Origin: Thermoproteota archaeon
GTDB lineage: Archaea; Korarchaeota; JAOZGF01; JAOZFZ01
Length of the DNA stretch: 64,000 nt
Direction of reading: 5' to 3'
Assembly: GCA_027492035.1 (NCBI GenBank)
Contig: JAOZFT010000004.1
Coordinates: forward strand, 224,001-288,000
In this document: positions 19,465 to 29,974 of the stretch, in pieces
Position numbering within the stretch: position 1 is the stretch's first letter
How the letters are laid out: the number at the start of each line of letters is the position of its first letter
Translations under genes and position numbers: made by a program
Notes under the pieces: model-generated
The model's input: the letters and a program-made list of their open reading frames with translations, nothing else
The model's database searches: none
What the model was told of the DNA's origin: nothing

Positions 19465-20097
19465 TTATAAAAGGGTTAATGCTGCCGAAAGGGCGCCATA
19501 TTTGACAGATACTAACTTTTCACCACCAGCTATTATTATCACATCTAAGTCTTTAGGCTTAAAGATGGAAATTATTTTCTTTGCAATATTGGGGTACTCC
19601 TCTGAAAGATTTGAAAGCGTAGGCATAATTAAGTTTCCGTCCTCAAAAATTAAGGTAATGGCTCCTGAAGCTCCAGCCTTAATTGCAGCATCACGTTGCT
19701 CAACTCCTCTTGAAACTTTCCTTGTATCTACATGGTGAAGAAGAACCCCTACTTGATATTTTCCCATTCCAAGCTCCTTTATTTCTATAGGTATAATTTC
19801 TTTAATTTTAGACTCTATACTATTAAAAAGGACTAAACCTTTCTCTGTAAGTGTGCAACCAGATTTGCTTGTTGTTATTATGTTTTCGGCTTTAAGTTTT
19901 TTTATTAGTGTCCTAACTGCTCCCTCCCCTAAACTTAATTCTTCAGCTAATTTTTTTCTTCCAATGTTTCTTTTTTTGCCTATCAACCTAATGGCTTGAA
20001 CTAAATGAGAAACATTAAAACTTAAAGAGGGCCCTATATTCTCCTTTTTCAAGATTTTGTAGAGGGAATCAAAGGTCTTTTTTGGATATAAAGTCAT
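19465..20097 (-). CDS. wHTH / DUF4443-type protein
   Basis: IGRKKLAEELSLGEGAVRTLI HTH and GVEQRDAAIKAGASGA motif. Confidence 0.8.
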   Translation of the reverse strand: MTLYPKKTFDSLYKILKKENIGPSLSFNVSHLVQAIRLIGKKRNIGRKKLAEELSLGEGAVRTLIKKLKAENIITTSKSGCTLTEKGLVLFNSIESKIKEIIPIEIKELGMGKYQVGVLLHHVDTRKVSRGVEQRDAAIKAGASGAITLIFEDGNLIMPTLSNLSEEYPNIAKKIISIFKPKDLDVIIIAGGEKLVSVKYGALSAALTLL

Positions 20098-20234
20098 TAT
20101 TGCCCTCCAATAAATTAAAAGTAAGTCTTCTAGAGTAGAGATAATGAAAATTTTGTTTTTAAATTTAAGTTAATTATGGAATAAACTTTTTAATTTTTTT
20201 ACAATATAATTTTTTTATTGAAATGTTTTGATTT

Positions 20235-20585
20235 TCAGTTTATTATTAACCTGTAAATCACATATTTTCCCTTTACTTCTAATTCTTTAAGCTCTAAGAA
20301 GTAGGGGTCTCCTCTTGATCGAATAGCATATCCTTTCTTTACTGCCTCCAGGAAAAAGTGTTTGTCTATTGCTATACTTGGCCCTATGGATGGGTCTCTT
20401 AAGAAGATTTTTTTGTCACCGGAGGAGAAGTAATCAAGAAGTTTCTTTTTACTGAAAAAGTATGCTTTAGCTGATAGAAGGCCGGAATATGCTAGAGATT
20501 CGCAAGTTAAGTTTTTCATTTTCACTATTTTAGGGGAATTCTTCTCTTCACTTTTTAATATGGCACTTTTAATTAACTGTTTCAA
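20235..20585 (-). CDS. Hypothetical protein
   Basis: 116-aa ORF with GGAGGT RBS upstream, co-oriented with neighbours. Confidence 0.6.
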   Translation of the reverse strand: MKQLIKSAILKSEEKNSPKIVKMKNLTCESLAYSGLLSAKAYFFSKKKLLDYFSSGDKKIFLRDPSIGPSIAIDKHFFLEAVKKGYAIRSRGDPYFLELKELEVKGKYVIYRLIIN

Positions 20586-20727
20586 ATACAGATACCTCCA
20601 CTACTTGAAAGAGATGAAACTGCAAAAACAAACTGGATATATATGCGTCAATTGTTTATTTAAGGCTTTCGAATTTCTAGACGAAGTATAAAACAGCAAA
20701 AAACGAAAAAATAGTATATAAAAGATG

Positions 20728-22248
20728 TCACTGCTTCTTCCCACAACGTCCTTCCTTGAGGAGCTTTATAAGTTCCTCTAAAGTAACCAATTTAATTTCT
20801 TGCCCCTTTTTTATGACCACCCCCTCTAAGAGACCTGCTTCAATTTCACCGAGTTTTAAATACTGTATTTTCTCTAGAATCGAGGAGTTTACTTTCAATT
20901 GTCTATGTGTTTCTTTAAAGGAATATTCGTGAATTATTCCATCCTCAGCAAGTTTCACATCAGTAAACTTCTTTATTTTTTCCTTTAATGCTTCCTTAGC
21001 GGGTCTGTTTCCATGAACTAGACACGTTATTTTCGGTTTCATTTTCTTCAAAGTAGTTATTAATCCTCTTTGGTCAGCGTGAGCCGATAAATTTATCTGC
21101 TTAATACCGCACTTAACCTTTACTTTTTTCCTCCTTTTTTCCAGGAAGTCATAAAGTTCTACTTCTTTTGAGCCGTTCAGGATTTCATATGCTGGTGTGT
21201 TGTCTGCGCAGTACCCTGGAAATATTAAGAGATTCCTTTTATCCGGAATTAACTCAATTGCAAGAAATGAACTGAACCCGCCAGTCAACATGCCACTTGC
21301 TGCTAAATAAACGGCTGGTTCAGATAAATCTATTTGATTAGGTGACTCTATCAACTTTATATTTTTGAAGTCAAAGGGGTTCTTTCTAGTTGTTGTAACT
21401 ATGTTTTGTATGCTTTTATTCATCCATGCGGTGTAGTTTTTGTAAATTTGTAAAGCTTTCCGTGATAAACCGGCGCAAAAGTAAATTGGGCAGTTGCCTT
21501 GGAATTTAGTGTAGTTTCTCTCAAAAATAAGCATTAGTTCCTGTATCCTACCTACTGCAAAGCTTGGGATGAGTACAGACCCACCTTCTTTTATAATTTG
21601 AAGTGATGAATCAATTATTTCCTTTTCTCTTTCTTTACGGCTTTTGAAGTTTTTATCTCCATAAGTAGATTCGCTTACAACTATTTCAGGCTTCTTCACC
21701 CCCGAAATGTCCACTTTGTTGAGGTGGTTATCTTTAACATCTGAAAAATCACTCATGTAAATCATTTCGAAACTGTCTAGCTTAAGTTGCACTATAGCGC
21801 TTCCTAGTATATGTCCGGCATCCAAAAACCTAAAAGTTAGAGGCCCAACTTCTTTAGCTTCTTTATAGAATAAAGGCGTCATAAGGTTGAGGGATGAGTT
21901 TATTTCTTTCAATCCAAACATGCTTTTTTTACCTGCACCTAGTTTGTAAGCATCCAAAAGCAAAATCCTTGTGAGATCTCTTGTGGGGTGAGTTGAATAA
22001 ATGGGCCCCTCAAAACCTAGTTTAGCCAGAAGGGGGATGTTGCCAGTGTGGTCCAGGTGTGCATGAGTCAAAATAACCGCATCTAATTCCCTAATTATTT
22101 TTTCGTTAAGTGGTAGAATTTGGCTGTTTGGGGAGGAGTAACTTGATCCACAATCTAACAGTATTTTAGCGCCTTTGTACTCTATTAAATGGCAACTGTT
22201 CCCTATTCTGCTTGCTCCTCCCAAATGGGTTATTTTCAGTTTCGTCAT
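20728..22248 (-). CDS. Beta-CASP metallo-beta-lactamase ribonuclease (aCPSF-like, no KH domains)
   Basis: THAHLDH, AGHILGSA, ESTYG, FAVGRIQE, SGML.GG, SAHAD, VHG motifs. Confidence 0.92.
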   Translation of the reverse strand: MTKLKITHLGGASRIGNSCHLIEYKGAKILLDCGSSYSSPNSQILPLNEKIIRELDAVILTHAHLDHTGNIPLLAKLGFEGPIYSTHPTRDLTRILLLDAYKLGAGKKSMFGLKEINSSLNLMTPLFYKEAKEVGPLTFRFLDAGHILGSAIVQLKLDSFEMIYMSDFSDVKDNHLNKVDISGVKKPEIVVSESTYGDKNFKSRKEREKEIIDSSLQIIKEGGSVLIPSFAVGRIQELMLIFERNYTKFQGNCPIYFCAGLSRKALQIYKNYTAWMNKSIQNIVTTTRKNPFDFKNIKLIESPNQIDLSEPAVYLAASGMLTGGFSSFLAIELIPDKRNLLIFPGYCADNTPAYEILNGSKEVELYDFLEKRRKKVKVKCGIKQINLSAHADQRGLITTLKKMKPKITCLVHGNRPAKEALKEKIKKFTDVKLAEDGIIHEYSFKETHRQLKVNSSILEKIQYLKLGEIEAGLLEGVVIKKGQEIKLVTLEELIKLLKEGRCGKKQ

Positions 22249-22464
22249 TTATATTTTCCCTCTCTAAAAGCTCTTTTGTAATAAAAGACTTTTTATTTAT
22301 GAAATAGTACACCTGTTTGAACTGTGTTTATTCTTTTTAAAAGGGAAAACTACATCTTCAGTCCCGTGTAAATTTAAAATTTCAGAAAAGGTTTTTAAGT
22401 AATGGTTCACAATGAGTGTGTAACCAAGGAAGTCACACTTTAAAAGAGTCCCTCTCGTGTTTAA

Positions 22465-23055
22465 GTGGTGTGTAGTTTGGGGTTAGAGGAAGAAGAAGCT
22501 GCTTTTTTAATAAAGATGAAAAAGAACTACATGAAACAATTGGAAGAGAAGGAGGAAGAAATAAAGGGGTTAAAGTTTCTAATTAAAATTATTGACTATT
22601 ACCTCAGCAGTAAATCATTTGTAACGGCTAAAGAGAAACTAAAAACCGGTGAAGGATTGCGAGGAGGTGAAAAGTTAGTCAAGAAGGGAATCGGTAAGAA
22701 AAGAGAAGTTATTGATTTGGTTTCCAGTGATGGATCACATTTGGGCGTTGTGACAGTTGATGAAGGATCTATAGAAATAGTGCCTGATAAAGATTATGAA
22801 TTTGGCGTTAACACCTCTCCCTTCTCTGTTTTCTTTGTAAGGAAAGTTTTGCTGGGAATGAAACTTATGGACGAGAATGCAAGGGTAAGAGGTGAATTAA
22901 ATAAAAAGGATGTCCTTGACTTCAAAATAGAGGAAATAGATAATAAACTGAAAAGAGTATTGATAACGAATTATAGAGATCCTAAAAGAATTAATCAAAT
23001 AGTTAGGGCAGCAAAATGGACATTAGAAACCATGTTGAAGAAGAGGGAACGATAG
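22465..23055 (+). CDS. Hypothetical protein with N-terminal coiled coil
   Basis: 196-aa ORF, normal composition, likely operon with the next gene. Confidence 0.7.
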   Translation: MVCSLGLEEEEAAFLIKMKKNYMKQLEEKEEEIKGLKFLIKIIDYYLSSKSFVTAKEKLKTGEGLRGGEKLVKKGIGKKREVIDLVSSDGSHLGVVTVDEGSIEIVPDKDYEFGVNTSPFSVFFVRKVLLGMKLMDENARVRGELNKKDVLDFKIEEIDNKLKRVLITNYRDPKRINQIVRAAKWTLETMLKKRER

Positions 23056-23708
23056 CTGGAAAGGTGCAGCATTACTATTTAACATTTCTGGATTTAATTA
23101 AAAATAGCCCCAATTTATCTGTTAGAATGAAAACAATAATTATGGAAAGAAGGATGCAAATTTTTGATTTACTTCTCTTGTTTATGGAGAAAAATAAAGG
23201 GTTTAAAGTCAGAGATAAAACTTCTTTTCTTTGCGGATTAATTTATGTTGTTTTAAAAATGTTAGAAAATTACCCTAAAACTAAGGAAGTAACTAAAACT
23301 TTAATATCAAAAAATTTTGATGTGAATTTTACCACCTTGAAAAAAAGCATTGAAATGATAGAGTCCAAACTTAATTTGATCAAAATCTACTCCAAAGATA
23401 ATGTGCCAGCTTACCTTAACCCTCAAACTTCGCTTTTCCAACTCGTACAACACCTAATTAAGAAATCGGTAAGGAGAAAGTTTCTTATTTACCTTTTTGA
23501 TGAATCTATGATAGGATACAATGACTTAGACAATCTTTCAGGCGAGAAAGATAAAATAAAAAAGTTTGTATCCAGCGTGGTTAACTCAGAAATTTCTTCT
23601 ACCGTAAGTTCATTTGTTCATGAGGACTTCAAAGAGAACATAAAACTAATACTTCCTGAACTTGTGGAGAGGGAAGTTACTGTAACCATACGTAAATTAA
23701 TCAGTTAA
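23016..23708 (+). CDS. Hypothetical protein with a TFIIB/cyclin-box-like segment
   Basis: RDKTSFLCGLIYV...TKTLISKNFDVNFTTLKKSIEMIESKLNL resembles a TFB C-terminal cyclin repeat with its HTH. Confidence 0.55.
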   Translation: MDIRNHVEEEGTIAGKVQHYYLTFLDLIKNSPNLSVRMKTIIMERRMQIFDLLLLFMEKNKGFKVRDKTSFLCGLIYVVLKMLENYPKTKEVTKTLISKNFDVNFTTLKKSIEMIESKLNLIKIYSKDNVPAYLNPQTSLFQLVQHLIKKSVRRKFLIYLFDESMIGYNDLDNLSGEKDKIKKFVSSVVNSEISSTVSSFVHEDFKENIKLILPELVEREVTVTIRKLIS

Positions 23709-24942
23709 AAATCCTTACCGGGAAGACCCGTACTTCTCGATCTAATATCCCTGTAATTAATTTTGTTGCTTCCTTTACTGCATCATACCTCTTGACTTCA
23801 CTTGCTACATATTTAGCCCTCTTTTTGTATTCATCGCTTGATACTAAAGTAATCAATGCATTTATGAGGGTTCTATCATCTTCATTTTGCTGCACAACTC
23901 TTGCAATGCCTAATTTTTCCGCGTTTGAAGCTATCTCTTGGTGTTCAGGATGGTTTGGGGTTGGAATTATCAACATAGGCTTACCGTAGTATATAGCTTC
24001 AGAAACTGTGTTGTGGCCTCCTCTAGTTACTAATACGTCGCATGCCTTTAAATAAGGGAATCGATCAGCAACCCAACTATGAATGGATAACCTTTCTGAT
24101 CTCCAAGAATAGTTAGAGGAAGGATCTCCCTTGGTTACAATAAAATGAAACCTTTTGTTGAAAGATTTAAAATATTTAATTAGAGGTTTTACTCTTTCAA
24201 ACAAGGACTTTCTTTCTCTAGGGGTGCCGGAAATGCTAATATAAATCAAGTTTTTACCTGGCAGTTTTAGTTTCTTTTTTATTTCCTCTTGAGGAGGGTA
24301 CTCCTCTGGTTTTCGTAGAAGTATGGGGCCTATGAAGCTAAGTCTTTTCTTGTATTTCTCTAAAACGTTTAAGTGAGACTTGGCAAGAGTGTATGGTGGT
24401 TTAAAATCTGGGACGAGAATTTTTTCTCCTTTAGACCAAAAAATATTCAATATATGACTTACAGCTTTCTCTATTCTGGTATGTAAGAATTTGTCGTTTT
24501 TATTTTTTACCGTAAATAAGGGTGGGAGTAAAAGCTTTATTTGGTGCACTATGGTTACAATTGGTTTCTGTAATAAAGTGGCAGCTAAAATTGTTGAAAT
24601 CCTTGAGTCAGATACTATAACATCTGGGGTCTCTTTCCTTATTAACAAGGCCTCGTTTTGAAGATGGTTAAATAGCGTTTTGAAATATAATGGTCCCTGT
24701 TTAAGTGTAGTTTTTGCGTCAACCTCACCTTTTTCGTTTTCGGACCAAACCATAGGGAGTGTTTCATAAACTTTGAAACCTTTGTTCTTTATAATCTTTA
24801 CAGCATCTCCGTAACTTGAAAAAACAAGCTTAACATTCCTCTGTTGTATTAAACATTGTGCAACGGCTAAGCATCTACTTGCGTGTCCTAGTCCCATTCC
24901 ATTTACGCCAAAATATATCTTTGCTTCTCTTTTCATTTTCAA
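23701..24942 (-). CDS. GT-B glycosyltransferase (MurG/GT28-like)
   Basis: GMGLGHASR, TRGGHNTVSEA and HPEHQ motifs. Confidence 0.88.
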   Translation of the reverse strand: MKMKREAKIYFGVNGMGLGHASRCLAVAQCLIQQRNVKLVFSSYGDAVKIIKNKGFKVYETLPMVWSENEKGEVDAKTTLKQGPLYFKTLFNHLQNEALLIRKETPDVIVSDSRISTILAATLLQKPIVTIVHQIKLLLPPLFTVKNKNDKFLHTRIEKAVSHILNIFWSKGEKILVPDFKPPYTLAKSHLNVLEKYKKRLSFIGPILLRKPEEYPPQEEIKKKLKLPGKNLIYISISGTPRERKSLFERVKPLIKYFKSFNKRFHFIVTKGDPSSNYSWRSERLSIHSWVADRFPYLKACDVLVTRGGHNTVSEAIYYGKPMLIIPTPNHPEHQEIASNAEKLGIARVVQQNEDDRTLINALITLVSSDEYKKRAKYVASEVKRYDAVKEATKLITGILDREVRVFPVRIFN

Positions 24943-25541
24943 TGTTCCCCTAAAACCTTTTCTACTACCTCCCCTCCAGGTTGAGTTTCACTGAATATTT
25001 GTGCTTGGAATTTATAGATCTCAGTTTCAGGATCCAACCAGGCTTCACTGTTTAAGCCTGCCTTTAAACAAGTGTAAGAAAGGAATTCCTTGGTACTCCA
25101 ATTCTCTTCAACAGGAACTTGGGGCAAGAGTAAACCGGAAAAAGGGCCCTTTTTGATGATAAGGCCGTCTCTCCCTATTTTTATTTGTCTAAAAACTTGT
25201 TTTTTATCTATTGGCTGAGGTGGAGTCAATACACTTACTTCAATGATTATTTCTTTCATTTCTTTCCATGTAACAGCGTGAAATCTAGGGTCTTCCGTTG
25301 CTGCAGCTATGGCTGCGTTTGTCAAGGCTTGGATTAAAGGATAAATTGGCAAAGGAAAACCTATACATCCACGCAGTTCATTGTTTCTGGATCTTTTAAG
25401 AGTTACGAATACCCCTCTCTTCTGTAAAAGTTCCTTGGTGGGCACCCTTTCCGGAACCTTTTTTATTCCCCTTTGTAAATACACCTCAATAACTTCTCTA
25501 GCTGTTTTGACTAAGTACTTCCCTATTTCTAGGTTGAACAT
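24939..25541 (-). CDS. AMMECR1-domain protein
   Basis: GVFVTL, LRGCIG, EDPRF, EVSVL, GLLLPQV, CLKAG motifs. Confidence 0.94.
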   Translation of the reverse strand: MFNLEIGKYLVKTAREVIEVYLQRGIKKVPERVPTKELLQKRGVFVTLKRSRNNELRGCIGFPLPIYPLIQALTNAAIAAATEDPRFHAVTWKEMKEIIIEVSVLTPPQPIDKKQVFRQIKIGRDGLIIKKGPFSGLLLPQVPVEENWSTKEFLSYTCLKAGLNSEAWLDPETEIYKFQAQIFSETQPGGEVVEKVLGEH

Positions 25542-25570
25542 TTTCTTATAGCCTCTAGTATGTCATTAAT

Positions 25571-26143
25571 TTATGAGGTTTGGGAAGGGCTTAGGTAACA
25601 TTCTTCGCAAACAAATAAGCCATTTTTCAATTTGAGAGAATCACTCCATTTTCCGCATACTTCACATATCCCCACCAGTTGGCTTTCATAACTTGCTATT
25701 AATTCCTCCCCTCTTTCGGCATGCAGCCTCTCTGTTAATATTTCTATAAGATAAGGTGCATACTGCAGAATATCTCTTGAGGAAATTACGCCGACCATTT
25801 TTCCCTTATCCATGACAATTAATCTTCTAATGTTGTTTTTAGCCATTAATTTTGAAGCATCTAACAAACTTTTGTTTGGAGAAATAGTTATTACTGGAGA
25901 TTTATAGATTTGTTTTGCTTTGACTTTTTTTGGATCTAGCTCCTTAGACAAAACTTCTCTTATTAAATCTCCCTCACTCATTACCCCAACTGGTTTACCG
26001 TTACTTACTACCACTATGAACCCTATTTTATGTTCAGCCATTTTTTTCGCTACAGAAACTATGCTGTCGTTTAAGTCACAAGTTATAATGTTCGCCGTCA
26101 TTATCTCTCCTACATTTAAGTTTTTACGCATCCTAGCCATCAA
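25571..26143 (-). CDS. CBS-domain protein with C-terminal Zn ribbon
   Basis: Two CBS repeats plus CEVC...CEEC. Confidence 0.9.
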   Translation of the reverse strand: MMARMRKNLNVGEIMTANIITCDLNDSIVSVAKKMAEHKIGFIVVVSNGKPVGVMSEGDLIREVLSKELDPKKVKAKQIYKSPVITISPNKSLLDASKLMAKNNIRRLIVMDKGKMVGVISSRDILQYAPYLIEILTERLHAERGEELIASYESQLVGICEVCGKWSDSLKLKNGLFVCEECYLSPSQTS

Positions 26144-26180
26144 CTCCTATCAAACACGGCTTTTATATTAAACAAAAGCT

Positions 26181-28121
26181 TTAGGGGTATATTTTTGTGA
26201 CAAAGGAGCTTCCTGAGGGAACAAATTTCTCTAAACATGAACGAATTTCCTTTAACAATTTTTTTCCTACAGCTCCCTTATAAAAACTTGTAATTTCCTT
26301 AATTATAAAGTTTATAGTAGCCTGTTTTGTTAAATGGTTTGGTGTCAATTTAAAAACTAAGTCGTTTCTTTCACTCTTATACAGGAAAGTTGAGGGGAGG
26401 ATTTGTAGGTAATCATTTACCCTTTTTATTTTTAAAAAAAGTAGTAGAGGAACCTTCCTCATGTATTTCCTTTCACCTTTGACGAAGAAACTTCCGTGGG
26501 GAAGATATTGTCCTGAAGGAGCTGACACCTTAATTTGCTCCCCTCTAGTGAAGTAAACATCAACGGAATTATAGCCCCTTCTCCATGCGGAAGAATAACT
26601 CGCAGTGAAAATTGCAGCTTCTTCCACCTCTTTCTCAGTTATTTTTCTTCGGTCGGTTTTAATTACAGTTGCAGGTGAGCCATGGATATCTGCGTGCAGA
26701 AAAAAGTCCTCTTTAGACATGTGTTTTCTCACAATTGCATTGTTTTGTTTAATGTTTCTCCCTGCTACCACAAGATGATTAAGGGAAGTATACATCCAAC
26801 GATATTGTGAATACCACTTATTAATGAGTAAAATCCCTTCTAGCGGTTCAGTTGGGAGTTGAGGTTTTGATTTAACAGCCTTGATTTTTTGAATTGTGGC
26901 TTTAATTTGTCTTTCAGCCTTCTCAATTTTAGACTTTAATTTTTTAGATTTTTCGTAAAGTTCATTTATTACGTCTGTGACCTTTTTATCAAAGGGAAAA
27001 AGGATTTCGCCTACGTTAGAGCATAAAACAGCTTTCTTTTTGATTCTGTCCACTTTCCATTTAGTGAGGCGCGGAGTTTCATTTCTCTTTAATAACTCTA
27101 AATCCTCTTTTATTTCATCTAGATGAAGAGATGCAAATTCAGCTTTCCTTTTATATGCTTCAGCCTCTGCCAAATATCTCCTCACTGTTTCCCTTTGGCT
27201 TTCCAGTACCCTTTTCAATTTTTCAACTTCTGGTTTCTTCATTTTGACTTGTTTTATAGAATAAAAAAATGAATCAACTGCCTCGTTAAAGGAGTTGAAC
27301 TCTATTCTTCGGAGTTTCTGGTAAAGGGCAAGCTGAAGAGGGGAAAAATCGTAATACTTCGAATCTTTAAGATAAATGTACCCCCTAATTCTTCCTGGTA
27401 GTGCATTAAACAGTTGCTCTCGAAGCTGTTCAATAGATGAAATCAATCTATCGATTTCTTCATCCTTTAAAGAATTTACATGCTCTTTTTCATCCACACT
27501 CGCTCTTTTATGGATTTCTTTTATTTCCTTAGTTCCTAAATTAAGATTTTTGTAGAAAAAGCCGAAAACATCCATTTCCGAGCTTTCTTTAAGCCTGCTT
27601 AAAAGGTCTTTGATCCAGTAATCACTTATAATGCTGATCTTTTCGTTGGGTGGGGGAATATACCTCTCTCCCTTAACTATCTCTCTATGTCTCGTTTTTA
27701 GGGGTCTTAAAGCACGAATTATCTGCCCAGCCGAGTCGGTTAAAATTAAATTTCCATTCCTAAACATTTCAACTATAAGCTTGAATGATTCCTTTCCTTT
27801 AGTTACCGTTAACTGGATTACTCTGTCGAAGTTAATTTGTTTTATTTCAGTAAGAAACCCTCCATTCAAGTATTTCCTCAAAGTCATGGAAAAGGGGGGT
27901 GCAATTTTTTTCTTTTCAATTTTGTGGCTTGTTAAGTGTAACCTTTTACCTAACTCAATAATTAATTCCCTGTTTCCTTGTGACGGTGTATAAAAAATGA
28001 TTGTGAAAAGGTTATTGCTTAACTGATAAATCCTCCTGACTCTACTTTTTAACAAAACATTTTTTAATTCTTCAACTATAAACCTTAAATCTACATTTGA
28101 CATAGCCTTTTCTTCGGGCAT
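26181..28121 (-). CDS. rqcH: Ribosome quality-control factor Rqc2/NEMF (NFACT)
   Basis: QINFDRV, EMFRNGNLIL, coiled coil, WY..YRW...AGRN, HADIHG, YLPHGSF motifs. Confidence 0.92.
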   Translation of the reverse strand: MPEEKAMSNVDLRFIVEELKNVLLKSRVRRIYQLSNNLFTIIFYTPSQGNRELIIELGKRLHLTSHKIEKKKIAPPFSMTLRKYLNGGFLTEIKQINFDRVIQLTVTKGKESFKLIVEMFRNGNLILTDSAGQIIRALRPLKTRHREIVKGERYIPPPNEKISIISDYWIKDLLSRLKESSEMDVFGFFYKNLNLGTKEIKEIHKRASVDEKEHVNSLKDEEIDRLISSIEQLREQLFNALPGRIRGYIYLKDSKYYDFSPLQLALYQKLRRIEFNSFNEAVDSFFYSIKQVKMKKPEVEKLKRVLESQRETVRRYLAEAEAYKRKAEFASLHLDEIKEDLELLKRNETPRLTKWKVDRIKKKAVLCSNVGEILFPFDKKVTDVINELYEKSKKLKSKIEKAERQIKATIQKIKAVKSKPQLPTEPLEGILLINKWYSQYRWMYTSLNHLVVAGRNIKQNNAIVRKHMSKEDFFLHADIHGSPATVIKTDRRKITEKEVEEAAIFTASYSSAWRRGYNSVDVYFTRGEQIKVSAPSGQYLPHGSFFVKGERKYMRKVPLLLFLKIKRVNDYLQILPSTFLYKSERNDLVFKLTPNHLTKQATINFIIKEITSFYKGAVGKKLLKEIRSCLEKFVPSGSSFVTKIYP

Positions 28122-28152
28122 AAAATCATCTGAATCAAAAATTTTTAGGAGG

Positions 28153-29109
28153 ATGGATATGGAACAAACAGAAATAATTTTCTACATACATGTTTCGTCC
28201 GCCGTTTTTTCAGGGCTGATTGCCAGTTTCCTCAACTTGGATGCAATTACTGGTTTCTCTCTTTTCATAATTCTGTATATAAGTGTTTCCCAAGCACTTG
28301 GGCTCCTAAAAATAATTGATATAAAATTATTGGAAAAACCTGGAAAGCTTTATACCACTGGGTTGGTTACTTCTTTAGTAATTTTTATTGTGGTATGGAT
28401 AATTTCCACCAACCTTATCTTAGGAATAGCACCTAAAGTTGTTTTGATTCAATTAACTAATAAACCTGGTGTGGAAAAAATCACTTCCGAAAATTCAGCA
28501 GTAAAATACGTAACCGTTGACGGCTTCAAGTGTAATTCCTACTTCATAATTAAGCCTTACCAAAAAGACTTGAAAAGCGAAGAAGTTTACTTCGGGAAAC
28601 TGGTAAAGGATATTAAAAAGGAAAGGTACATCTTACTTAATGAACAGTTAAAAGAAGGGATCTTTTTTAATGTTAGTGATGAATCTATTCGCCCGTTTAA
28701 AAACTTTGTTGTAAAGGAAAATACAGATATTCAAATTCCTTGGATTTCAGGTAATTACGTTTTTAAAGTTTTTTCCACCCATTTGGTAATGGGTAACAAC
28801 TTGGTTTATTTCAATAACCTTGGTTACTCAGAATTACCTATCAACTTTAGTGGTAAAACATTCTTTTTCACCTTGAAAAAGGAAGGACAAAATGCAAGCG
28901 GAATCAACCTTACAATTTACGGCCCGGTTTTGCCGGAGGGAAACCTTTCCAAGAACAATACCCTAAATCTTTCCTCATTAACACCTTTAATACTACGTGA
29001 AAAAGAGGGTTTATTTGTGGCAAAGCCTCCCAAATATGTTTTAAAGGTTAATAAACCTATTCTGTTGGGGGAAGTTTACATAGTACTTTCTGGTATCCCC
29101 AGCGATTAA
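28153..29109 (+). CDS. Membrane protein: N-terminal EMC6-like three-TM domain plus a C-terminal soluble domain
   Basis: SAVFSGLIASFLNL..ITGF...LYTTGLVTSLVIFIVVW matches the EMC6/Rab5ip pattern by eye; followed by about 220 aa of beta-rich sequence. Confidence 0.6.
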   Translation: MDMEQTEIIFYIHVSSAVFSGLIASFLNLDAITGFSLFIILYISVSQALGLLKIIDIKLLEKPGKLYTTGLVTSLVIFIVVWIISTNLILGIAPKVVLIQLTNKPGVEKITSENSAVKYVTVDGFKCNSYFIIKPYQKDLKSEEVYFGKLVKDIKKERYILLNEQLKEGIFFNVSDESIRPFKNFVVKENTDIQIPWISGNYVFKVFSTHLVMGNNLVYFNNLGYSELPINFSGKTFFFTLKKEGQNASGINLTIYGPVLPEGNLSKNNTLNLSSLTPLILREKEGLFVAKPPKYVLKVNKPILLGEVYIVLSGIPSD

Positions 29110-29110
29110 A

Positions 29111-29974
29111 GTGATCATAGACATGAGAAAAAAACCTTTAGAAAAAGTTTTATGCGGTGTAGTAGGAGATGAAATGTTGAAGCATGTCCCTTCTTCCTTT
29201 GATTTAGTTGGTAACATCGCAATAATTAAAGTGCCTCCTGAACTGGAAAATTACAAATTTAAAATCGGAGAAGCAATATCTAGACTTTATAAGAGCGTTA
29301 AAACAGTTTTAAACGTTTCAAAACCTACTGAAGGAAGTTATAGATTGAGAAAGTATGAGGTAATCTGGGGAGAAGAAACAACCCAAACAATACATAAAGA
29401 ATATGGTTGCAGGTTTAAAGTGGATTTACAAAAGGTTTTCTTTAACCCAAGGCTCTCCTTTGAAAGGAAAAGGATAGTTGATTCCGTCAAACCCTTCGAA
29501 ACAATCATAAACATGTTTGCAGGAAGCGGTATAGTCTCTGTATTAATAGCTAAATGGAAACCAGAAATTGACAAGGTTTACTCGATAGACATAAACCCAG
29601 AAGCTTATCTTTCAATGAAAGAGAACATGTTCTTAAACAAAGTAGAAAACAAGATCATTCCCATACTAGGAAACGCAGAAAAGGTTATTAAAGAATTTCT
29701 CTTGGGTGTAGCAGACAGGGTTATAATGCTCCTACCTTCATTTGCATTAAATTATTTAGAAGCTGCAATAGAGGGTTTAAAGAAAGAAGGAGGTGTAATA
29801 CATTTTTACCATGAATGCCGAGCAGCCAATAAAGATGAAGCCATTAAAAAAACCTTGAATGCTTTAAAAGAAAAATTTAAAAACGACATCTCCTTCAAAT
29901 ACGGAGAGAAAAGAGTTGTTAGGTCTGTATCTCCTCACATATACCACGTCGCGGTTGACTTAGTTTTTAGGTAA
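29111..29974 (+). CDS. Trm5/Taw2-family tRNA SAM-dependent transferase
   Basis: FDLVGNIAI, HKEYGCRFKVD, FFNPRLSFER, MFAGSG, DINP, DRVIM motifs. Confidence 0.9.
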   Translation: MIIDMRKKPLEKVLCGVVGDEMLKHVPSSFDLVGNIAIIKVPPELENYKFKIGEAISRLYKSVKTVLNVSKPTEGSYRLRKYEVIWGEETTQTIHKEYGCRFKVDLQKVFFNPRLSFERKRIVDSVKPFETIINMFAGSGIVSVLIAKWKPEIDKVYSIDINPEAYLSMKENMFLNKVENKIIPILGNAEKVIKEFLLGVADRVIMLLPSFALNYLEAAIEGLKKEGGVIHFYHECRAANKDEAIKKTLNALKEKFKNDISFKYGEKRVVRSVSPHIYHVAVDLVFR

